A program made the translations under genes and the position numbers. A DNA stretch of 58,567 nucleotides. Origin: a phage. The notes beneath the pieces are model-generated. The model was given only the letters and a program-made list of their open reading frames with translations, made no database searches and was not told the origin of the DNA. Below are positions 37,599 to 47,908 of this stretch, in pieces. The stretch lies in the sequence record PZ445423.1; one strand, 5' to 3'. Position 1 is the stretch's first letter, and every line of letters begins with the position of its first letter.

Positions 37599-38483
37599 TT
37601 ACTGCTGCCACGGCGGGACTGCTGCTTGTGCCGGATGCGGTTCAGCTTGCTGCTGTGGCTGAGCTTGCTGCTGAGGCGCTGCTGCCTGGCCCGGCTGCGC
37701 TACCTGCTGCGCCCACGGCTGCTGAGCTGCTTCCGGTGCTACTGGCTGTTGTACCGGAGCTTGCTGCACTGGCTGCTGTGGTGCTGCGTTTTGAGCAGGA
37801 TTATCCCACGGCTGCGGTGCGGCATTCTGCCACGGTTGTGCTGCTGCGCCCTGCTGTGGTGCTGGTTGCTGCACTGGCTGCTGAACTGGTTGCTGTTGCT
37901 GCACCGGAGCTTGCTGCTGTACAGGCGCTTGCTGTTGCTGTGCAAACGGGTTAGCTGCTGGTTGCTGAGGTGCTGCGCCCGGGAAAGCTGGCTGCTGTGC
38001 TGGCGCACCTGCACCGAACGGGTTAGCTACTGCCGCTTGAGCACCCATTGCTGGAGCACCTGCTTCTTTTTCTGCATACTTAACCGGATCGTTGATGTTA
38101 GCATAACCGTTAGGCTCGTTGCTGTCTTCATAACCTTCCTGAGAACGAACTTTCAGACGCAGGTTCAGCGGAATGTTATGCAGTTGAGAAGGAGTATCCC
38201 AGCGAATTACGCCAACCGCATGGGAAAGCGCGCCCAGTTGTTCGTATGCGATACGCACAGTATCTTCGTTGTCGTTGATAACGTTGTAACGAGCAAAGAT
38301 TTTACGACCTTTAGCAAAACCATCAATGATGCTAAACGTTACCTGGATCGCCATACCGCCATTTTTGGTCGGTTTAAATTCAGATGCTTCAATTACTGCT
38401 TTATACCAACCTTTCGGCAATGCGCCGTAAGAAGGTGCTTGATAGCTGCTCGCGTCAAAGTGGAAATTAGTTGGCATAGTCAT
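37599..38483 (-). CDS. DUF669-like ssDNA-binding protein with Gln/Pro/Ala-rich tail
   Basis: 294 aa; globular N-terminal ~140 aa followed by a long low-complexity tail (QQQAPVQQQAPVQQQQPVQQ...); coupled to the ATPase gene. Confidence 0.55.
   Translation of the reverse strand: MTMPTNFHFDASSYQAPSYGALPKGWYKAVIEASEFKPTKNGGMAIQVTFSIIDGFAKGRKIFARYNVINDNEDTVRIAYEQLGALSHAVGVIRWDTPSQLHNIPLNLRLKVRSQEGYEDSNEPNGYANINDPVKYAEKEAGAPAMGAQAAVANPFGAGAPAQQPAFPGAAPQQPAANPFAQQQQAPVQQQAPVQQQQPVQQPVQQPAPQQGAAAQPWQNAAPQPWDNPAQNAAPQQPVQQAPVQQPVAPEAAQQPWAQQVAQPGQAAAPQQQAQPQQQAEPHPAQAAVPPWQQ
37610..38000. repeat. low-complexity CTGCTG/GGCTGC-type DNA repeats
   Basis: Degenerate tandem triplet repeats encoding the Q/P/A tail; the complementary strand gives a spurious 317-aa ORF. 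Confidence 0.6.
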
Positions 38484-39211
38484 TAGTTAATACCTTTCAT
38501 TTTGTTGATAACAGAACCTAAGTGTGGGACTTCAACCGCATCTAAACGTCCCGAACGATCCTTAGCGATTGTATTAAAGTCCGGTTGAGTTTGCAAGTAA
38601 CGATACGAGTTACCTTGCTGATCCTTATTTACATTCAGACGAAATACTTCGTCGAAGAAGTAAGGGAGCATTTGCCCCAATTTGGATCCAGGCATAGATG
38701 GAGCATACGCGGTAACACCGGAGACTTCATCTTTGTCTTTGCCCATTTTAGCAGACATATAAACATGTTTGCCAGGAATATCGCGAAATTTACGGATCAG
38801 ATCTTGCATCTTTTCAAGCAAAGTACCATAAGCTTGACGAGGATCTTTCGTTCCCTTTTTCGCGTTGTTTAAACATTGTTCAGCAATTTCGCTCAAGCTG
38901 TCAAGCGCAATAGAATCGAAATACTGCTGGTTAGCTGGAGTTACGCACCACTGATAAGCCGCTTCAACGTCTTCCAGACATTTCACTTCAATTACCGGAA
39001 TATCGTAAACGATGGGCAAACCCATGTTACCATAAACACGGTTAAGGTTTTCCGCTGCAATAGACAACAGACCGGATTCTGCGCTGATTAAAATTGGTTT
39101 AGGTAGTGTGGCTACAAGGCTGGTTTTACCCATACCTGCTTCACCGTAAACCAGAATTTTAACACCTGTGTCCTGCACAACTTGTGAAGACATTTTAATT
39201 TCAATGGCCAT
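38483..39211 (-). CDS. RecA-like ATPase (AAA_24 / Sak4-like recombination protein)
   Basis: 242 aa; Walker A GEAGMGKTS at the N-terminus; follows the pattern of phage Sak4-type recombinases. Confidence 0.65.
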   Translation of the reverse strand: MAIEIKMSSQVVQDTGVKILVYGEAGMGKTSLVATLPKPILISAESGLLSIAAENLNRVYGNMGLPIVYDIPVIEVKCLEDVEAAYQWCVTPANQQYFDSIALDSLSEIAEQCLNNAKKGTKDPRQAYGTLLEKMQDLIRKFRDIPGKHVYMSAKMGKDKDEVSGVTAYAPSMPGSKLGQMLPYFFDEVFRLNVNKDQQGNSYRYLQTQPDFNTIAKDRSGRLDAVEVPHLGSVINKMKGIN

Positions 39212-39276
39212 TTAACGCCTCTCTTTTAAGTTCGCGCTCATTGTAACGTAATATACTTTGAACCCTCAATTACTTT

Positions 39277-40191
39277 TTAATCTAAAGCCTGATCACTTTC
39301 ATCGCGGAAATGCATAAAGTTTGCAAAACGCGGTTTATCTTTCACGCCATGAGGGAAGTGTTTATATGAAATAGTCCGACCTTTAATTTTGTCAGGGTTA
39401 TTCCAATAATAAATCTTATCCTCTTGCGTTAGTTTACCAGGACTAACGTTGATTGTATTGCCCGTCTTAACGTCTTTACAAACCAACGTCCCGATCATAC
39501 CGTTAGGAACTTTATTTTCCTGATGTGAAGATCGTGTAGTCCTGCCCAGCTCGTTAACAGTAGCTTCATTAAGATTAGTTTCACCCTCAATAATATCAAG
39601 GACGATAGCGTCTTCCTGAATAAAGCGTTTAATACGAAGGTATCCACCTTCACGAACTGTGCCGCGCCCATGTTTATAAGGCTTGTCAGGATCACGGATA
39701 ATAATACCTTCATAACCCATATCAAGCCAGATGTTTTCCCAGTAGAGCAGCTCTTGTAAAGACTTAACCACATGCATCTCTACCACTTTCAGGTCGAACA
39801 ATTCACCCTTCGCGTGCTGTGTGGTTATAAAGTCTTTCATCATGTTGTAGCGAGCTTCATACCCCAGCTCTGCCACACTTTCCGCACACAGATCAAAGAT
39901 GTGCCATATTAGCAATGGTTCACCTTCAATTGTATTTACCGCACTGGTTGTTTTACGACACAGGTCTGGATCTGTTTCCAACCCTGCTGCAAGTTCACCG
40001 TCATAGCCCATGTACTGGGGACCGCTGAAAATTGCGCTTGTATGGCGGTTTTTAAACAGCTTTAAGCTCCGCCCTACTATTTGCCCGTCCGGATTTAAAC
40101 CGCGTACACCGTCAATTTTAGGCAGTATACAGCATGGAAACTTAATCTTTTCTTCAACCGCGTCAGTAGCTAAATGTGGTTTAAATGCCAT
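39277..40191 (-). CDS. ATP-dependent DNA ligase
   Basis: 304 aa; adenylation motif KIDGVRG (KxDGxR). Confidence 0.8.
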   Translation of the reverse strand: MAFKPHLATDAVEEKIKFPCCILPKIDGVRGLNPDGQIVGRSLKLFKNRHTSAIFSGPQYMGYDGELAAGLETDPDLCRKTTSAVNTIEGEPLLIWHIFDLCAESVAELGYEARYNMMKDFITTQHAKGELFDLKVVEMHVVKSLQELLYWENIWLDMGYEGIIIRDPDKPYKHGRGTVREGGYLRIKRFIQEDAIVLDIIEGETNLNEATVNELGRTTRSSHQENKVPNGMIGTLVCKDVKTGNTINVSPGKLTQEDKIYYWNNPDKIKGRTISYKHFPHGVKDKPRFANFMHFRDESDQALD

Positions 40192-40201
40192 TCAAATCTC
40201 C

Positions 40202-40855
40202 TTACATTTCATAGTCAAAGTCTGACCAGTCTGAGCGAGTTGTAATTGGATTTACGCCCATATCTTTACCCATAGAACGCCGCCAAACGGTTGCAGCTTT
40301 TTGAGCTTTCTCTTTCATACGAGTATTGCGACGTAAATGTCCGCTACCCTTTTTAGGTCTATTTTCCTTTTTCTTTGCTTCGGAAATAAGCTCTTTGCAT
40401 TCCTGCAAACGGATTTTGCTTCTTTCCAATCGCATAGCAGAACGCGCACGTTCATCGCAGAATCTTTGTGCTTTACTACGTTGGTCTTGCGTGCTCGTAT
40501 GACCTTTAACGTGGCGGAACTCAATAGTTAGATTATATTTACGCAATTGATCGTTCAACCATTTGAAAGCTACACCTTCCTGTTCACTTTTCCAGCTTGC
40601 TTCTTTATACACTTTAATAGCTGTTGAACAATCTGTTTGCACAATTAAATGATCGCCCGGATGGATTAATTTAGCCTTCATTCCCTCCCAAATAACATTA
40701 CAGATTGCCATTGTTTCAGCTGCATTATTATCAGGAGCTCCGCGTAACGGTCCACCGTTAGCGTTATTTCCACGGTTGCACACTACCCATCCACCGTATC
40801 CCGCGGCTTTTGTATTTGGACAAAAGCTTGCATCAGATATAATTGTTACTCTCAT
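40202..40855 (-). CDS. ribonuclease H
   Basis: About 217 aa from the ATG at 40855 (SD AGGAG); RNase H-like segments IISDASF, GYGGW, AE..AI, QTDC, FRHVKGHT. Confidence 0.75.
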   Translation of the reverse strand: MRVTIISDASFCPNTKAAGYGGWVVCNRGNNANGGPLRGAPDNNAAETMAICNVIWEGMKAKLIHPGDHLIVQTDCSTAIKVYKEASWKSEQEGVAFKWLNDQLRKYNLTIEFRHVKGHTSTQDQRSKAQRFCDERARSAMRLERSKIRLQECKELISEAKKKENRPKKGSGHLRRNTRMKEKAQKAATVWRRSMGKDMGVNPITTRSDWSDFDYEM

Positions 40856-40865
40856 AATAACTCCT

Positions 40866-40890
40866 GTTAAAAAGGGGTCTACTGACCCCT
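40866..40890 (-). terminator. intra-operon terminator/attenuator hairpin
   Basis: On the - strand: AGGGGTC-agta-GACCCCT followed by TTTTTAAC, immediately upstream of the RNase H SD. Confidence 0.55.
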
Positions 40891-40898
40891 TTAGTTTA

Positions 40899-41690
40899 TT
40901 ACAGTTTGTCTTTGAAATCTTCGATGTATTGCTCGATCGGGTACTGCTTACGCTTGAAACGATCAAACAAGATTTTAGCTGCGGTCACGTCTTCTTTATT
41001 CTCCTTATTTGCGCCAGGAGCCATAAAATCACGCCACGTGAAACCGTTCAAAGTATGCATGTTTGCAATGTGTTTATTGTAACGACTTTCCCAGTCCACA
41101 CGCGGACCTTCCATCTTGCGCAAACCGCGTCCCAACACCTGCACAAACACCCCTTGTCGATCTAACACAGCTTCCCCATCGAAAGACCCTGTGTTAAACC
41201 CTATAACGTTATCACCAAGATCTACACTATCTGCAAAGTTTTGCAACAGAGTGTCAATAACGTCATTGAATGTCGGGACCGTCACTTTACCCTGTGCAAT
41301 ACCTGCCAAATAACCGACATTTTCTTCACCGTACAACTCGATCAGTTCTTTCTTGGTCGCTTCTGCTTCTTTGTTTGCGGACAAAGCCAACATCTGTTGT
41401 TCGAACATGTGTTCCTGTTCCAGGAAGTGAGCGTAGCGCTCTTCATCCACTTTGCAGACAATCCATTTATATTCAACATCCTTACTGAAGTCCGGATATT
41501 GATCCACTTCTACTACTTCCGTAGTAAAGAACTTGCCGTTATATTGAATAACAACAGTATCGCCCGGCTGCAATTCGTCACTTTCCAGAGCACGGTAGGT
41601 ATAAAGACGACCACCTGCTTCAAACTTAACTTTGACAGTTACAACACCTTTTAACAGGGCATGATAAGCTTTCTGAAATTCTTTACGCAT
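40899..41690 (-). CDS. hypothetical protein
   Basis: 263-aa ORF with strong SD AAGAGGAA. Confidence 0.45.
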   Translation of the reverse strand: MRKEFQKAYHALLKGVVTVKVKFEAGGRLYTYRALESDELQPGDTVVIQYNGKFFTTEVVEVDQYPDFSKDVEYKWIVCKVDEERYAHFLEQEHMFEQQMLALSANKEAEATKKELIELYGEENVGYLAGIAQGKVTVPTFNDVIDTLLQNFADSVDLGDNVIGFNTGSFDGEAVLDRQGVFVQVLGRGLRKMEGPRVDWESRYNKHIANMHTLNGFTWRDFMAPGANKENKEDVTAAKILFDRFKRKQYPIEQYIEDFKDKL

Positions 41691-41731
41691 TTTAGTTTCC
41701 TCTTGGACGGATCAACCGCCCGTTAATGTGG

Positions 41732-42142
41732 TTAAGCTTTATTTGGAACAATTTCCAGTGACGCAGATCCAACTTTAGATTCAACGCACTGGTTAAAGAC
41801 TGCGGCTTGCTCCGCTGTAAGTTTACGCCAAGCCGCAACTTTCAACACAGGTTTGTTTTCCACAATCTGATCAACGTCAACACCAACTTTAATCAGATCG
41901 CCCAGGATTCCGTTAAGACTTGGAAGATCAATCTTACGATCAATCTTGTGGGTCATTTTCATAACCCCGCCAGTAATTTCAACTTTATTAGTCCCCTCAG
42001 ATGGCGCTGGGAAATAGGACTTAATAATCTTATCACGGAGTGCTCGCTCACGAGCTTGCAGTTTCTGCAATTCCGCTTTAGTTTTATACCACTCGATTAC
42101 ATCTGCTTCTGTTGCTTGTACTGCTTTATCTGCGTCGAACAT
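41732..42142 (-). CDS. hypothetical protein
   Basis: 136 aa from the ATG at 42142 (SD GAGGA); the track start at 42202 is a TTG. Confidence 0.4.
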   Translation of the reverse strand: MFDADKAVQATEADVIEWYKTKAELQKLQARERALRDKIIKSYFPAPSEGTNKVEITGGVMKMTHKIDRKIDLPSLNGILGDLIKVGVDVDQIVENKPVLKVAAWRKLTAEQAAVFNQCVESKVGSASLEIVPNKA

Positions 42143-42383
42143 TTTTCTGTCCTCTGTTGTGTTTCGATGTATGTATAGTAGCACATCCATGTGCTTAGGC
42201 AAGACTCAATTTGTATCAATTAATCTTTTTAAACGGATTAGTAATCTAGCAACCTTCCTCCATTCAGCATCCTCCATTAATGGTGAAGGCTTATACGCTT
42301 CAGGTATCGGACAAGGTATATAGGGTTCCATGTCAGATATTACTTGCTTTGATAACTTTTTCTTCCGTTTACCCATAAATAGC

Positions 42384-42968
42384 CTATTTCAAATAGCGGG
42401 AAGTCATAATTGGATGCAAAGACACTTCTTCCTCAGATGTAACCACATTGGCAGACGTTCCTGTAGACCCGAAGCCGTTAGCACCGCGCTCAGTAGTCTT
42501 AAGCTCGCCCACTTCTACCAGTTGCACGCTGGGCAGCTTGATAAGCATAGCTTGCGCAATGCGGTCACCGTGCTTAATGATATAAGGTAATTCACCATCG
42601 ATTGTAAGTTTAATCTTAACTTCACCAGTGTAGTCGCTATCAATGACGCCCACGCAGTTTGCCAGACGCACGTTATTTTTGAATCCTTGCCCACTACGGG
42701 AATAAACCATAAGCGCATATCCTTCAGGAATATCAAACGCTAACCCTGTGCGAATAACTTTATTTACACGGAAATAAAGCTGGTCGTAACCTTCCGCACG
42801 CAAATCCGCGTGAAGGTCAAAGCAAGCTGCCCCCGCACTGGCAAACGATGGCAGGATTGCGGTGTCTGTTAAGCGTTTTACCCCGAGAAGAGTTGGCGCA
42901 AAGGATGTAGCGGTTACGTTAGAATCAGTTATAGAAATAGTGTGCATGTTATTTAATACGTCCGTCAT
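42384..42968 (-). CDS. dut: dUTP diphosphatase
   Basis: 194 aa; dUTPase motifs AGAACFDL, RSGQG, GVIDSDYTGEV, GDRIAQ, RGANGFGSTG; SD AAGGTGA. Confidence 0.9.
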   Translation of the reverse strand: MTDVLNNMHTISITDSNVTATSFAPTLLGVKRLTDTAILPSFASAGAACFDLHADLRAEGYDQLYFRVNKVIRTGLAFDIPEGYALMVYSRSGQGFKNNVRLANCVGVIDSDYTGEVKIKLTIDGELPYIIKHGDRIAQAMLIKLPSVQLVEVGELKTTERGANGFGSTGTSANVVTSEEEVSLHPIMTSRYLK

Positions 42969-42977
42969 AATTTCACC

Positions 42978-43445
42978 TTATTGGATGGAGCCGCGATCAA
43001 TTAGCCATTGTTTCGCGTGCGCTTTAAAAATAATGCGGTAGTCATTAAGACTAATTTCCGCGCGGATGGAATCTTTAACTTCATACCACTGCCATTCCCC
43101 ATTACTGAAGACAACCGGATTAAGCGGTAGAACGACCTTCCATCCTTTACGTTCTATTTTATACATCAGAACTGGATATCTGCCAAGCTCTTTAGCAGAT
43201 TGGACAGTCTGCTTCCACCATGTGTTTACTTGTGGCGTAGCGTGGTTTTTTACTTCAACCGCATGGTGGCATGTATTGCTAATGTCGCAACCACCGACCG
43301 CACTTTGATTCTGGTTACGCTGAGCAATAGGTTTTTCCGGTAACTGCATCCCCAGCTCTGCGTAAATTTCGGCATAAATTGCATTAAAGAAATCACATAC
43401 TTCCCGCTCACCGCGTTGACCTTTAGCGCGAATATTTACTGCCAT
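42978..43445 (-). CDS. putative nuclease (Holliday-junction-resolvase-like)
   Basis: 155 aa from the ATG at 43445 (SD GGAGA); GQRGEREVCDFF then HHAVEVK suggests a PD-(D/E)xK-type site; low certainty. Confidence 0.3.
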   Translation of the reverse strand: MAVNIRAKGQRGEREVCDFFNAIYAEIYAELGMQLPEKPIAQRNQNQSAVGGCDISNTCHHAVEVKNHATPQVNTWWKQTVQSAKELGRYPVLMYKIERKGWKVVLPLNPVVFSNGEWQWYEVKDSIRAEISLNDYRIIFKAHAKQWLIDRGSIQ

Positions 43446-43862
43446 GTTTGTCTCCATAACTTTAATGTAAAACACTTCATAAAGAATTTTATATTGAAGT
43501 TATGTTGATCGCAAGGAACAAAAAAGCCCAGGCATAAGGATTCCTGGGCTCTCTTGATTGTCGGATAGCTTACTTTGACTGCCGTCTTCGTCTATCCTGG
43601 CCTACTTGTACAGCCTCGCCAAAGGCTGGTGACGGTTTGGTACATCTGGCGCCGTCGCGTTAAACATCGTTCACATCGTTCAGTAAGTTGCGGGTTTACC
43701 CTGTCCGCTCCAGGAAGCCCAGCGAAAGTAGTTGCTGTAAGGAGGTACAGCTACCGCTTTCAAGGGCTTGAGTTAAGCATCGTTCACTAAGTTAATGTTG
43801 TTAAATTGTTAAACCTCGTTAACTGTGGTTATCTTAAAGGATGCAGTCTTGAATGGCAAGCT

Positions 43863-44177
43863 TCAATTTTGCGCGGTTCCCTTTGCCGCTTTTGGTGCTA
43901 AAGTACCATCATTTAACATCAACTCAAAACCCGTTACTTGATCTGTTGGAACAATAGGGTAATTCATAATAGCTATGTGGATACGATGCCCTCCGTCACA
44001 TTCATCGATGTATTCATTACCCCAATAGTATAAATGTCCATCTCTTCGAATATCCATTGCCGTTGGGAAATCTACAAGAATTCTTTTAATTTCTTTTCGT
44101 CCTTCTTTATGCAGATTAGTTTCAATACGGATAAGCTCCGCATAAATTGCTTCACAGATAGTGTTTACAATACTCAT
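43863..44177 (-). CDS. hypothetical protein
   Basis: 104-aa ORF whose start overlaps the upstream stop (ATGA). Confidence 0.4.
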   Translation of the reverse strand: MSIVNTICEAIYAELIRIETNLHKEGRKEIKRILVDFPTAMDIRRDGHLYYWGNEYIDECDGGHRIHIAIMNYPIVPTDQVTGFELMLNDGTLAPKAAKGTAQN

Positions 44178-44581
44178 TTTTCATTCCTCACAATTTCATT
44201 AGCTTCTTTCCACATAGCTTCTCCGTACTTGTCAATGCAAGAGCGAGCAAAGTATCCGTCACCATAGCAGTAATTCATCATGGTGCGATACTTACCTTTA
44301 CCCTGAATGCGACGGGCATCGTCCAGACACTTAGCGGACGGCATTCTTTTACCCGAGGCAGCTTTTTGAACTTTTTCTTCTGTGGCAGCTTTTTGGTGTT
44401 TTATTTTACCGTTCATAAAGCGATAGCCGTTTTTTCTAGCAACGGAACGGGCCTCATCTTCGGTAATCATAAATACGGTATGATACCCAGGCTCCATAAT
44501 TTCCGTCTCGGTTACGCAACCATAACCAACTTTCATATAAAGATGACCGATATTCACTTCAAAGTAATGTAAGTATTTCAT
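44174..44581 (-). CDS. hypothetical protein
   Basis: 135 aa from the ATG at 44581 (SD GAGGTG); the N-terminal extension in the track lacks an SD. Confidence 0.4.
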   Translation of the reverse strand: MKYLHYFEVNIGHLYMKVGYGCVTETEIMEPGYHTVFMITEDEARSVARKNGYRFMNGKIKHQKAATEEKVQKAASGKRMPSAKCLDDARRIQGKGKYRTMMNYCYGDGYFARSCIDKYGEAMWKEANEIVRNEK

Positions 44582-45073
44582 CTTACACCTCACAGAATGT
44601 ACATAAACCAAAAATAACCAGCTACGAAAATAGCACCCGCAAATAATTTTAAAATCTCGAACATTGTTCCCTCCGTTAACTTTATGCTGTAAGTATAGCA
44701 GGACTTGCGATGTATGCAACAACTTTAGACTTGAAATGCATCTATAAAATAGCACGATTTGCCTTTACCTTTGATCCGTCTAGCTGTACTATTAACTCAT
44801 AAACAGAACGGAGGATTACAAAATGGTCATGCTGAATAAAGTATATAGCACAATGGGCGCGGATTATAAAGTTGTACGTCACCCGCGTACTGGTAAATTT
44901 GAAGCATATATCCGTCCAATGGGTGAAAGTTGGATGTATTACGGTACTTATGATGATGCTGAGCAAGCTTATAAAGAAGCGGAAAGTGCCGCGGAAGCAT
45001 CCGAAATTATGGCAAGGTACGACGTCGATGATTACTACCTTAACTAAAAATAAAGGGCCTTTCGGCCCTTTAT

Positions 45074-47416
45074 TTATTCCTCTTCTCCTAAGTTTGCCAT
45101 AATACCTTCAACATCTTGCGTAATGCGCCAAGCTGCGCCAGTGAATCCCAGTTTGATAGTCTCCTCCCGTGTTACCGGAACAAGAGCACCCATAGCAACC
45201 ATCTCTTTGATCGTAGACTCAATTGCTGCGGACAATCCGTGGTGATAGTTTTTAAACGCGGACTTACTTGCAAGACGAGTAGTAATGTCACCCCGCGTGA
45301 TAATACCTTCTTTACGCAGATCTACACGTTTAACTTTCACCCAATCTTTAGTTAGATAATTGACACAAACCTGGCACATAGTACGGATACGAGCTTCGTC
45401 ATTAGTACCAATACCCCCACTATGCCATTCCTTCATAATGATATCCTGTCCATGACGCACAAAGTCCAAGGCCCATTGAACATGATAGGTTTGCACAACC
45501 GGATTGATCCAGTTTTCTCCCACAGCTAACAGGGCGGATAGACGTAACACCTTCAGGTGCGCACGGTTCCACGGCTGACGGATTGCTTCGTCTTTGGTTG
45601 CGTTAATATTACGATCACATTCGTCGTTAAACTGATCGCATAATGCTTCCGCTTCTGGACTAAACTGCACTTCAATACTTTGATGCTTTGCCATTGCGAC
45701 TAAGGTGTGGTTAACAAGATGGCACACCATATCACGCAAATGCTGATCCATTGTAGTCTGCTGGTTCTTGTTTAAAGGTGGTCGATCACCTTCATAGCGG
45801 ACAACATGGAAACGGGATAAGAATCCATCCTCCATCATTTCACGGGTTAACGCTTCAAAAAACGTGTCCGGTGTTGTTTCGCCCATGATGCTATAGGCCA
45901 CACCTTGTTGTGCTTCCGTATTATTAGCCTTATCAGAATAAGACATACCACCAACAATAGACATCTGACCGGACTTTTGATAAACATCGGTAAGATCATT
46001 CTTGAAGCTTTGCATCGGTGAACCTGCTGGCGCCGTAGCCATTGCTTTAATAATCTTACCAAACTCACCGTTCAAGTTGATAAAAGATTGTTTGTCCGCA
46101 AAAGATTTACGCAGTGCGGAGCCGGAAGCACATCGGTCAAAAGATACAAAGCTATGAATCTGCGGAAACGGTTCCTGAAGCTGGCTAACTATATTAGATA
46201 AGCCACTGTTCAACGTTTCTTTACCAACACCAGAACGGGCAATAAGGACGAAATATCCATTAAGACCGGATTGAGGAATCTGCCAAACCTTCCCGCATAC
46301 GCCAGCCATAAATCCTAGTGCTGTCACAATAGAAATTTCTTTCACTGGTCGGACGGATGCTTTGTAGATATACTTCGCAAGCTCCCCAGCAAGTCCCGGC
46401 GGCCAGTCAATGGCGGTTGCATCAATAGACGTACTTTCTGCAACTACGGTCTGCCCCTGTGTTGTTTCAACAGTTACGGGCATTTCCGCTACCTGTTGCA
46501 TTGCACTGTGTGCCGCTTGCATACGGGCAGCATAATCCCGCGCCAGCGCCGCTACGTTTTCCTGGGCAATGCGCTCACGCTCCATGCGACCGCGACACAT
46601 ACGCAAGCAACGGTCAATATGAACATTGTTCTTATTAGCCTTCTCACGTTTGCCCAGTGCACTATAACGGAACAGACGACGACATTGCTCATTACTTTCC
46701 GTGTAAAATGCATACATAGAAATAAGGGCAAGGTCTGCTTCAGACTGGGAAGGGAAACCCATTTCAACCCATTCACCATTAAATAACCGCGCATACTTAT
46801 CGCCGTTATCTGCTTCAAGCGCACGCTGATGAATAGTTGCATCATCTTCTACCGGATCTTTTTCTACTAGTTCAATTTCATATGTCTTGCGCTGAAGATC
46901 AATTTCATTCACAAGCATAGTAAGGTAATGATCACGTTCTGCAACTGGTTTGTTGTAGACGGGATTGCCCGTGCAGATAATAAAACGCTCCTGACTATAA
47001 ACCTCAACACCATCACGTCGACGACCTTTACCAATGTTACCTCTTAACCACAGGTGAACACCCAGGCCTGAGCGACTTACTTCGGTGTAAGTATCGAACG
47101 CAGTCATGATCTGTTCGAAGCGGCGCAACTGCTCCGGCGTCGTGTGCTTCTTGGGATCCGGTTCATTGGTCGCATTCTTCACATCCAGGTCGATGCAGGT
47201 GAACGGATCTTGTGCAGTAAGCACAAAGCCAATATAAGGTTTATTGAAATGAGCGGCGCAACCTTTGGCAGCTTCAAACGTCATAAGCATATCCGGATCG
47301 GTAACGTCCGCCGCCATCAAACGTCCAATATCGTTATCCCATACGAGCGGTTTCTTGTCCGCATCGGCCACCGCCCATTGTGGGAAAGCTTTAATTTCAG
47401 CGGGAAACAGTTCCAT
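45074..47416 (-). CDS. primase/helicase (primase-polymerase-like N-terminal domain plus P-loop NTPase domain)
   Basis: 780 aa, SD AAAGGA; acidic N-terminal FTCIDLDV segment; central P-loop-like IARSGVGKETL; largest replication ORF. Confidence 0.65.
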   Translation of the reverse strand: MELFPAEIKAFPQWAVADADKKPLVWDNDIGRLMAADVTDPDMLMTFEAAKGCAAHFNKPYIGFVLTAQDPFTCIDLDVKNATNEPDPKKHTTPEQLRRFEQIMTAFDTYTEVSRSGLGVHLWLRGNIGKGRRRDGVEVYSQERFIICTGNPVYNKPVAERDHYLTMLVNEIDLQRKTYEIELVEKDPVEDDATIHQRALEADNGDKYARLFNGEWVEMGFPSQSEADLALISMYAFYTESNEQCRRLFRYSALGKREKANKNNVHIDRCLRMCRGRMERERIAQENVAALARDYAARMQAAHSAMQQVAEMPVTVETTQGQTVVAESTSIDATAIDWPPGLAGELAKYIYKASVRPVKEISIVTALGFMAGVCGKVWQIPQSGLNGYFVLIARSGVGKETLNSGLSNIVSQLQEPFPQIHSFVSFDRCASGSALRKSFADKQSFINLNGEFGKIIKAMATAPAGSPMQSFKNDLTDVYQKSGQMSIVGGMSYSDKANNTEAQQGVAYSIMGETTPDTFFEALTREMMEDGFLSRFHVVRYEGDRPPLNKNQQTTMDQHLRDMVCHLVNHTLVAMAKHQSIEVQFSPEAEALCDQFNDECDRNINATKDEAIRQPWNRAHLKVLRLSALLAVGENWINPVVQTYHVQWALDFVRHGQDIIMKEWHSGGIGTNDEARIRTMCQVCVNYLTKDWVKVKRVDLRKEGIITRGDITTRLASKSAFKNYHHGLSAAIESTIKEMVAMGALVPVTREETIKLGFTGAAWRITQDVEGIMANLGEEE

Positions 47417-47427
47417 GATTTATCCTT

Positions 47428-47643
47428 TTACTGAGAACTAACCATTGCACAACCGATGGCAGCAAATAAGTGCTTCTTAGTCTCGTTGATCACTTTCTCT
47501 GCATCCAGATAGCTCTCATAATGTCCAAGGTAAACAATAGTACCTGCAACCATAATATAAGCTGTGCGGTAATGCATATAATACCCAATGAACCATCCCT
47601 GCCCCCGAAGCTTATTTTGTCCAACTTCACTAAGTACCATCAT
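47428..47643 (-). CDS. hypothetical protein
   Basis: 71-aa ORF overlapping the upstream gene end. Confidence 0.35.
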   Translation of the reverse strand: MMVLSEVGQNKLRGQGWFIGYYMHYRTAYIMVAGTIVYLGHYESYLDAEKVINETKKHLFAAIGCAMVSSQ

Positions 47644-47843
47644 GACCTCCGACGCTTATCGCCTTGCATCTTTTCCAGGGCGGGTACTGCTAAGGAACGT
47701 TTGTAGATGTACTGGTTAGCAATTCTGATGGCGCCCGGGATGTTGTCACGTATGCGCGACATCTTAAACTTAGATATGCCATAACGGTCTTCAATTTCCG
47801 CCGCCGTTATGTAGTTCAAATCAAATTCCGATTCGTGATCCAT
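47640..47843 (-). CDS. small putative HTH DNA-binding protein
   Basis: 67 aa from the ATG at 47843 (SD GGAGGG; track start is TTG); ITAAEIEDRYGISKFKMSRIRDN looks like a helix-turn-helix. Confidence 0.35.
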   Translation of the reverse strand: MDHESEFDLNYITAAEIEDRYGISKFKMSRIRDNIPGAIRIANQYIYKRSLAVPALEKMQGDKRRRS

Positions 47844-47908
47844 AATACCCTCCGTTACAACCGTCCACACAATACACAGTAAAGTCTTACTTTGCAACTA
47901 TTTTTGCA

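Noticed and set aside
37533-38486. 317-aa + strand ORF rich in Leu/Cys/Arg/Trp.
   Set aside because: It is the antisense reading of the Gln/Pro/Ala-encoding repeat region of the - strand gene at 37599-38483; it has no SD, and the - strand gene is coupled to its neighbours.
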